Shown here in pieces: positions 36,947-45,438 of a stretch of DNA of 45,438 nt. A model generated the notes under the pieces. It worked only from the letters and a program-made list of their open reading frames with translations. It was not told where the DNA came from and made no database searches. The translations under genes and the position numbers were made by a program. This DNA comes from Octopus bimaculoides (lineage: Eukaryota). The DNA is taken from assembly GCF_001194135.2 (NCBI RefSeq), contig NC_068983.1, forward strand, positions 62,408,074-62,453,511. The letters run 5' to 3'. How positions within the stretch are numbered: the first letter of the stretch is position 1; every line of letters starts with the position of its first letter.

Positions 36947-38653
36947 ACTGTGCGACGTTGCGTCATACGATTTTGAGGTCTTCACTTTTTGGACTTTATT
37001 ATTATGAAATTTGGGGGCGCATTCTGATATAATTTTCTGTTTGAATTGTAAGTCTTTTGGCTGTCTTCGTAGCAGATAATTCCAGTTAATGCGAACTTTT
37101 GAGATTCATAAATTATATGAAACCAGAAAATATATTGAAGACTTCTTTATATCATCTATCTAAGAACAGTTAGCTTAGTAGCCCACACACGCCATCTCTT
37201 TTATTTGTATTTTTCTCATTTCTCCCTCTCTTATAGTCTAGTTATTTCTGTAAAAGAATTTGAATTTTTTATTAGCTAGTGAAACATTTATAAAATTTTC
37301 TGAGAAAACGTTATTTTCCCTTCCTTTTTTTATATTTTGCCTATAAAAAAACGGACTGTCGTCATCACGAACTTGATACGCTGGTGACAAGTAATAAGCC
37401 GTAAATACTTTAATTGGTAAGCCAGAATCTTCTCACTTTTGCTAATTCTTACTCTCCAAATATTCTGAATCCGAAGTTCTTTATTTTTCATAAATGTAAT
37501 TTAATTTTAATTTGGAAGTGCTGGAGATAATAGAGATTCCAGAGCCGCAATTATGAGTCGTGAGTTCATGATGATTAGCTAGGTTTAATCAAATCAGAGA
37601 AACTGACGACAATTCTGTCAGTATATTTTAGATGATTGATATTAATTATTGCTAATTATATCTTCCAGGCTTTTCACAAATTTTACTTTTGATTTGTTAA
37701 TTGTATTTTATAAACAAAGATCTCGTAATTAATATATATGCGCACGTGTGTGTGTGTGTTTGTGTGTGTGTATGTTTGCCTATATGTGTGTTTTGTGTTT
37801 TATATATAATTAATAGCTATGTTCGGTATTTCATAAGATCAAGGACTTCTTTTATTGTGCAAATGATGTAAGCAAAAAATCTCGAGACTGCATGTTCAGT
37901 TTTTGGCCTTAATGATAACGAAGAGTGGAGGCGAATTTTAATATAATTTTCTGACTTAATTTCGATTTGAATGTCATATGTTTGTGTTTAAATCACAAGA
38001 ATCCAGTTAATGCGATCTTTTGAGATTCATATATTATATGAAGCCAGGAAATGTAAATATTTAGATACTGACGAGTGATAAAGCTCATGTAACTGATTGT
38101 TTGTCTTCTCTATTGATTTATAGACTAAACCCAACCAACCAACTTTCTTATATTGACTATGATCATCGTAACTCTCCACTATATTTGTGTAAATGGATTA
38201 CCATTCTAACATTGTATCTGATATAGTTAAAAATTGGCTGTTTCCGTTTCCGAGAAACCTAGCGGTCTTCATTTGTATTTATGTATTTGAATATTTTAGT
38301 TTTTTTCTTTTTTAAAGTGCTCACATACATAGACATACGTTGAAGGACATATGTATGAACATGTGTATATTTTAATATAAGTGAGTTTTTTAAAAATATT
38401 TCTGAGTAAATACATACGTATAATAGGGTCGTGCGTCTGTATTTGTGTATGTTACTGCGTGAACATAAAAAAGAAACCCATTAATGAACATAGTTTATGT
38501 AACATTATTGTTTGCTGACAGTACATAAACTGATTTTGTGTTTTGACTCAACATCCTTCATCAGAAGGATTCCATTTCTCGCCCAAACACTTATAACCGT
38601 ATAATTACATATACATCAACTTACACACATGCATAAATACTTCAAAACACGCG

Positions 38654-38684
<31 letters not shown>

Positions 38685-38713
38685 GCACACACACACATAT
38701 ACATACATACATG

Positions 38714-38750
<37 letters not shown>

Positions 38751-39112
38751 GTATTATAATGAGATCTTATAAAGCATATGTTATATAATCTAGTCTCGGG
38801 TGATTCCGCGCTAGTTCAACATCGTCAATAACAAATCAGCAGGAAAAAAGAAATTGCGTAAAAAAAAAAGGGATGGTTTGACGTTTACAATATATATGCG
38901 GACATTTAAGTCTTAGTGACGCACATAACACGCTTATTACGCTACAAATATGGAATCCAAGTCACAATCGTTGTTTTTGTTTTTCGCTAAAATTTCTTTA
39001 TATACATTGTGGCATATTTTCCACACTGCAAATTGTTAGCAAGACGTGTATGTATGTTTGTATGTATGTACGTATGTATTCATATGCATATACATACATG
39101 CATAAATATATG

Positions 39113-39160
<48 letters not shown>

Positions 39161-40820
39161 ATGTATATTATAAAGTATATATTATAAAGCGCATGCACAT
39201 TCATTTGATATAGCACCTGAGCTTCTTGCTAAATTTAGTCACGTCGTCTTAAATGATAAATAGTATCCGTTGCTTAAGAAAAAACACCTTATAAGAAGAT
39301 TATATTATAAAATCTTCAGAAATTTCGTAACACTCGTCTATTCATAAATGACTTAAGACAGCATTATCATATCAACGATTATAACTACTGAGAGTAGTTA
39401 TGGTCATTGATATTATAAGGCTTGCTATAAGTCCATTATAAAACAACGACCATTATTATTGACACACATATGTAAATGTATAACTGTGGGATGCTCAGAG
39501 TTGAACCAATAGCTGGTTGTCAGTATCACAGAGGATCTTGCGTAGCAAATGCATATGCTTAGCATTGATTGAATCACATCACAAAAACTAGCTTTTCTCT
39601 TAGGAACCAAAAAATATTTCTGTCCCCAACAGCTACAGACATTTTACAAGATTTAATGAATCACAAAATGGAGTACTGCTTCCACAGCTGGGATGGTGCT
39701 GCCGCTACCCACATAGATGTATTGATCACTTTTAGGGATAAACATACAAGCGCTAGCCTCTGGGTTGTCATTTGCATTTCAAATCCATTCCTTTTCCAGC
39801 TTCCCGTAAATTTTGGTGCATTCATCACCATCGGGACCAGGATACCCATTTTACCTAGTCATAGTTTGAGAGCTACTTCAGTGTTTTGACTATGTAACCA
39901 TCCGTTGAATGTTATACATACTAATTTTCGAACAGAAACAAGAGTAAATTTCGATCATTATCAGTCATATGACAGAATATAGTAACTAAGGTAGATAAAT
40001 TCGATATATTTCATCTTACTTGGTTACCTTATACAATATACAATAAAATCAGAGTTGACACTCCCACACCCAATGGTGGATGAACGAATGGAGAAAAGTG
40101 GAGAAACACTGCCAATAATATTAATATACTTTATACAATGATTATCTTTTATTATGTCATATTTAATCTTGTTATATATTGTCATTTATGCTTACACGCA
40201 ATTGCTGTCATGGATATATTAATCACATCCTTGTATGTATATTACTCCCTCATATACAAATGCTACAACTCCTAATACTCCCTTGAGATAATAAATTCAT
40301 AAATATTTAAGAATAATCAATTTGCATTAGCTGAATTTTCAAGCCAAACTATATTCATCTAAATATCGGCCAATGCTTAAATATTTATTTTATGCTTAAC
40401 TTTAATGTTATAGCTAACTATTGTTTAGAACCACCCAAAACACGATATCTTAGAGTCAGAAACATATTAATTCGACGAAAATTTACTTAGATTACTCTAA
40501 AGTGTATAGCTTCAAAATTTATAACACATTTCATAAAATAATTATTTTTTGGTTTTAATTTCTCTTGATAAAAATATAAAAATTCTCAAACTAATAAATC
40601 ATAGATTCATTTCTCAGATACGGCATCGATTTGAAAAACAACAGATAAGTTATCAGGGTATAACTCAAAAAGACGCCACCAAAATTATCCAATTACACAC
40701 ACGCACACACACGCACACATACACACACGCACACATACACACACGCACACACACACACACACACAANNNNNNNNNNATATATATATATATTTTATGCACT
40801 AATATATATATATATATGTA

Positions 40821-41970
40821 TATTAGTGCCTAAAAATTTATAAACGGAGAGGAGTCCACCACGTGGACTCTTAACATGCTAAACAGGGCAGTCAAAACCC
40901 AAACTACGGAAAGAAAGATTCTTCTTCAACGCACGTTGTTTGTAAACGAACAGGATATCTAAATGAATAAAAATCTCAGTTAGCCCTCTACCGGTGAGTT
41001 TCACTATCAATGATCAAATAAATCTATTACTCAGTGAAATAATTGATTAATTAATCATCCGTAGTTCATCAGTAGGGTAGCTGGCAAGTGTATAATTATG
41101 AAACTATAAAACGCACCGAAAAAAAAGAAACGGGACAAAATGCATGAACATTCAGTTCCATCTTTATACAACATGAATTTAAATTAAATAGGGTTCATTT
41201 AGATACCCTGCTCGTTTTCAAGCAACGTGCCTTGAAGAAAAATCTTTCTCTTCGTGATTTGGGTTTTGACTTCCCTTTTTAGCATGTTAGGAATTCACAT
41301 GGTGGCCTCCACTCTGTGTATAAATTTTTATGCACCGTTATATAGAAATATTTGTCTTCTGACTTTTATTACACATGCTAACCACTGGTAAAATTTATCA
41401 TTATTTTAGAATAATTTTTACACTGTATTTATATAGTTAAGTATTCTGATTCTTCGGCCGGTTATTACTCAGTTGAATTTATTTATTGCTGTACTATGCC
41501 GACTCGACACGGTGCTTGAGGATATTTGATTTGAACTCATGATGTATAAAGATGGAACTGAATGCACATGTGATTTGACTCGTGTTTTTTCGGTGCGAAT
41601 TATAGTTTCATAATTATACATTTGCTAGCGATCCCACTGATGACTTTGAATGATTAATGAATCAATTAATTGATTAATTAATTGATCTATTTGATCATTG
41701 ATAGTGAAGCTCATGGGTATAGGGTTAACTGAGATTTTTTTTTCATTTAGATATCCTGCTCGTTTACAAGCAGCGTGCCTTGAAGAAGAATCCTTCTTTT
41801 CGTAGTTTGGGTTTTGACTGCTCCTTTCAGCATGTTAGGAATCCACATGGTGGTCTCCTTTCCGTGTATACATTTTTATGCACTAATTATATAGAAATAT
41901 TTATGTCTTCTGACTTTTATTAAGCATTCTGATCCCTGGTAAAATATATTACTATTTTTTTAAAAATGAT
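40821..41970. repeat. Inverted and triplicated module: ~370-bp inverted arms with a third, direct-orientation partial copy in the spacer
   Basis: 40821-41190 is the reverse complement of about 41523-41890; 41195-41420 is a direct copy of about 41745-41970. Confidence 0.9.
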
Positions 41971-41982
41971 ATTTTTATATCG

Positions 41983-42361
41983 TGGCTCTCCGTCGGTTAT
42001 GATGACGAGGGTTCCGGTTGATCTGATCAACGGAACAGCCTGCTCATGAAATTAACGAGCAAGTAGCTGAGCGCTCCACAGACACATGTACACTTAGCGT
42101 TGTTCTCGGGGATATTCAGTGTGACACAAAGCGTGACAAGGCTGGCGCTTTGAAATACAGGTACAACAGAAACAGGAAAAAAGAGTGAGAGAAAGTTGTG
42201 GCGAAAGAGTAAAACAGGATTCACCACCACCTCCTGCCGGAGCCTCGTTCAGCTTTCGGTGTTTTCGGTCAATAAACACTCACAACGCCAGGTCTGGGAA
42301 TCGGAACCGAAATCCCACGATCGTGATTTCGCTACCCTAACCACTGGGCCATTGCGCCTCC

Positions 42362-42363
<2 letters not shown>
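41983..42363 (-). mobile_element. SINE family C
   Basis: Homologous to 36085-36480. Confidence 0.9.
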
Positions 42364-42425
<62 letters not shown>

Positions 42426-42574
42426 ACTTGGTGTACCCGGTAATTCCCGGGGGGTAAAGACGTTCTATTGAAGCGCCTTATTACTCTGATATAAGAAAGC
42501 AATTTCGTTATAACTGCCACAAAAGGTATATTTTCCGTCAGTAAAAAGTAAGAAAACAACTGTCAGCTGGAGGA

Positions 42575-42670
42575 GAAAGAGTTTGTTGGAGGTTGGTGAG
42601 AGAGGTTTTCGGAGGATGGTGAGAAAGATTGTCGGTGATTGGTAAGAGAGGTTGTTGGAGGTTGGTGGGA
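42575..42670. repeat. G-rich ~23-bp degenerate minisatellite, four copies
   Basis: GAGAGGTTGTTGGAGGTTGGTGA-like units visible in tandem. Confidence 0.75.
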
Positions 42671-43860
42671 GGCAAAGACATTACTCTGCTTAGCGAAGGC
42701 ATCTGGGAAATATATAACTGCTATCATTCACAGAAAAACTATTGTTTTACCATGAGAAAGCGCTGTTGAAGTGTTAAGTGAAATTTTGCAATCGAGGATC
42801 GAATCCACGCTATGTCTGCATGAAGCTACTACAAATATGTTGTAGAATAAAAAACGTATCTACTGTCATGAACAAAGTGTAACTGCAAAAATGCAGAATT
42901 ATCGGAGTATGTATGTATAGAAACGTAGGAATGAAGTCTTTAATGTTTAAGATTCAAATTAAAGAAGTGCAATAATAATGTTTAGCAGTTCAAAACTGTG
43001 AGTAGTGAAATGCAGAATTAGGTCGGCTGATCGTGAGAATCAAACATTAATCGCTTCGCTAAAAACGTCAGGTGGTATGGGTTATTTCCTTTGGGTTGTT
43101 AAAATAAAATATTAGTAATATGTAGTAGATTGAGGGATCTATTGGAAGGGCCCTCTTATAGATATTTTTCAACAATCTAAGTATGTCACGAGGTTTCCAT
43201 GCATGAGCTTTACTCACGTGTCAAATAAAGTATAAAAGTAATATTGTCTGCAAAAATTAGAAATAAGACACACAAAAAATCAATATTCAAAGTAATCAAA
43301 CATAAACAATGAAATGGGTTAGTTCCCTTGAGTGTTCAAAAAATATTGTACAGGTGCCATTAGGTGTTTTTAAAAAATAGTTATATGTGGTAGATAAAAA
43401 GGTCCCTTCCAAGGGCCGTATTATCAATTTTTTTCGACAATCTAAGTATGTCACAAGATTTCCAGACATGACTTCCACTCACGTGGCAAGTTTCATCAAA
43501 ATCAATAAAACGATGTAGAAGGAGTTAGCTAACAACGCCACAAACAAACACACACCGATTTTTCACAATTGTAGTAGATTTGTGTATTTTTTTATGAAGA
43601 GGTGAATCAATGATAGCTATATTATTGCATAATGTAGTAATACCTATGAAATCTATTTGCGATGAAGCAATTGTAAATTAATGTAATAAAAAGACGTTAT
43701 CTTTGGTTATCATAGTAGAAAATCTACGGATATTTATGAATTTTCAAACATGTGTTTGATAAAACAAAAAGTCTCCGGATTATTGTATGCCTGATAGCTT
43801 GGACCCGTAATTGACCTTAAAAAAAGACGAACTTCAGGTTTAACACCCGAGTGAAATTAT

Positions 43861-43907
<47 letters not shown>

Positions 43908-44510
43908 ATTTGGGTGTGTGTGTTTGGTGGAACATCAATCGAAACTAAATCAGTTTGTTTGGTCTCTTAACCGTTCTCCCTCTCCATCCTTCTGATGACA
44001 TAATGCTTAGCAACTTTGGCACAATTTCGAACGCTTTTTAGTCGAAGTTATTCCGAACTTACTGTAAAGTTTGTAGACTTCAAGTATGTAAATGGTATGT
44101 TTGCCCTCCGCGCTATTCAAACTAAGATCACAAATAAATGAAATTATTATCTATGACAAAATTAGCTAGGTAAAGTCATTTTAATATCTCGTATATTAAA
44201 GTGTCTGAAGTATTATCAAATATGTGATGAATAACTAAAAATGAATATTTATTAATGGCTACATTGCTTCTTTCTTGTCTCCATCGAAGGGTCCTTGATT
44301 TTATAATTAGTTGAGAGCCGTATAAAATCCCTAGTGGTCTTCTGTTCTGTACCACCATATTCTTAATTAGAATTTTCTTGGCTCGTATTTCGGCATTATG
44401 ATTAAGCCGGAAATAATTATTTATTCATTGCAACTACAGGAGAAAATGCTAGTCGTTTCTGATTATCTTACATGTCAAAGTATTACCGTTTAAACACTCA
44501 TACATTCGAT

Positions 44511-44712
44511 AACCTTATTGCCGGCGCATAAGACGCAGTGTCACATAAGACATACCTCTATTTTACAAGTATATTTTGTGGAAAAAACAAATGTAATGTT
44601 TTATCATACACTCATACACTCAGTATCCCATCTGTAATACGGTCGCATTAGACGCGTAGCAATTTTTTGATAGATAATAATAAAAAAGCGCACTTTATAC
44701 ATCGGCATAGCC
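44511..44712. mobile_element. Decayed pogo/Tc1-type MITE
   Basis: Left end CCTTATTGCCGGCGCATAAGACGCA and right end GCGCACTTTATACATCGGCA are imperfect inverted ends of the TACCGTATTT..CGG...ATAAGACGC type. Confidence 0.45.
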
Positions 44713-45438
44713 AGCACACTAAGACATATAGAAAATTAAAATTCAGTACTTTTTGGAAGAAGACAATGTAGTTGAGATACGTATCGCCTTAATTGATGGA
44801 TTTCCTCAAAACACGTAAAGCAACTGTACACAGCCCACTCACTGTTTCGACACACATTCACTCAAAACCACGCAAAACCCCAAATTGCAGAGAATGAAGC
44901 AAGGTATTTAGAATGTAGATTAAAGAAAGCATTCAATGGTAAAATGACTAAGTAAATAACAAATAAATTGTAAGTAATAGGAATAATAGTTGGTAATTAA
45001 AACAAAACGAAAAAGAAAGAGATTCGATATTTAAATGCATCAAGTACTATTAGAATACATGGCAGGAGTAGAAAAAACACGAACAAGAATTACTGCAAGC
45101 AATTTGTGTACAACTGCATTGGTAGAATGATATAATTTATTGGACACATGCAAAGAAAATTAAAGAGAAACGACTGAAATGGACAGCACATATTTGAGGT
45201 GTTTAGTATTAAATACTTGCACCGCTAGATTAAATTGATTATCGCATGTTCATACACAAAGAGTTCAGAAGAAAAATGGTCTTAATAATGAAATTGACTC
45301 ACTACCTCACTACGATTGTGTACATACGATGCACACATATTTGCACACAAAAGCGCTAACACAAGCACACACACAAATATATATATAATATATATATATG
45401 TATGTACGTATGTATGAATGTCTGTATGTGTATATATA

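Noticed and set aside
39660-39730. Ribose-5-phosphate isomerase-like VGSGSTI motif
   Set aside because: Spacing to the downstream residues does not fit RpiA and the DGADEV motif is absent.

Overview
This is a draft-assembly window of AT-rich, microsatellite-dense eukaryotic DNA with six N-gaps. The SINE families suggest a cephalopod, probably Octopus (from recall, not a database search). It is intronic/intergenic and dominated by decayed mobile elements: several tRNA-derived SINE families, many Dong/R4-type RLE non-LTR retrotransposon fragments tied to (AAT)n, an RTE LINE 3' end with three C2H2 fingers, an APE-type LINE fragment, Penelope-like GIY-YIG remnants with degenerate hammerhead motifs, Tc1/mariner pieces and MITEs. 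No complete or nameable host gene is visible, and most ORF-track entries are microsatellite, gap or antisense artefacts. Three observations stand out: (1) a 59-nt splice-site-bounded candidate exon was duplicated 1,520 bp downstream inside a TSD-flanked chimera with a truncated SINE; (2) an inverted/triplicated exon-like module lies at 40.8-42.0 kb; (3) Dong 3' ends are stacked in (AAT)n next to a Dong copy with its RT segments out of order. I see no convincing new multi-gene system.
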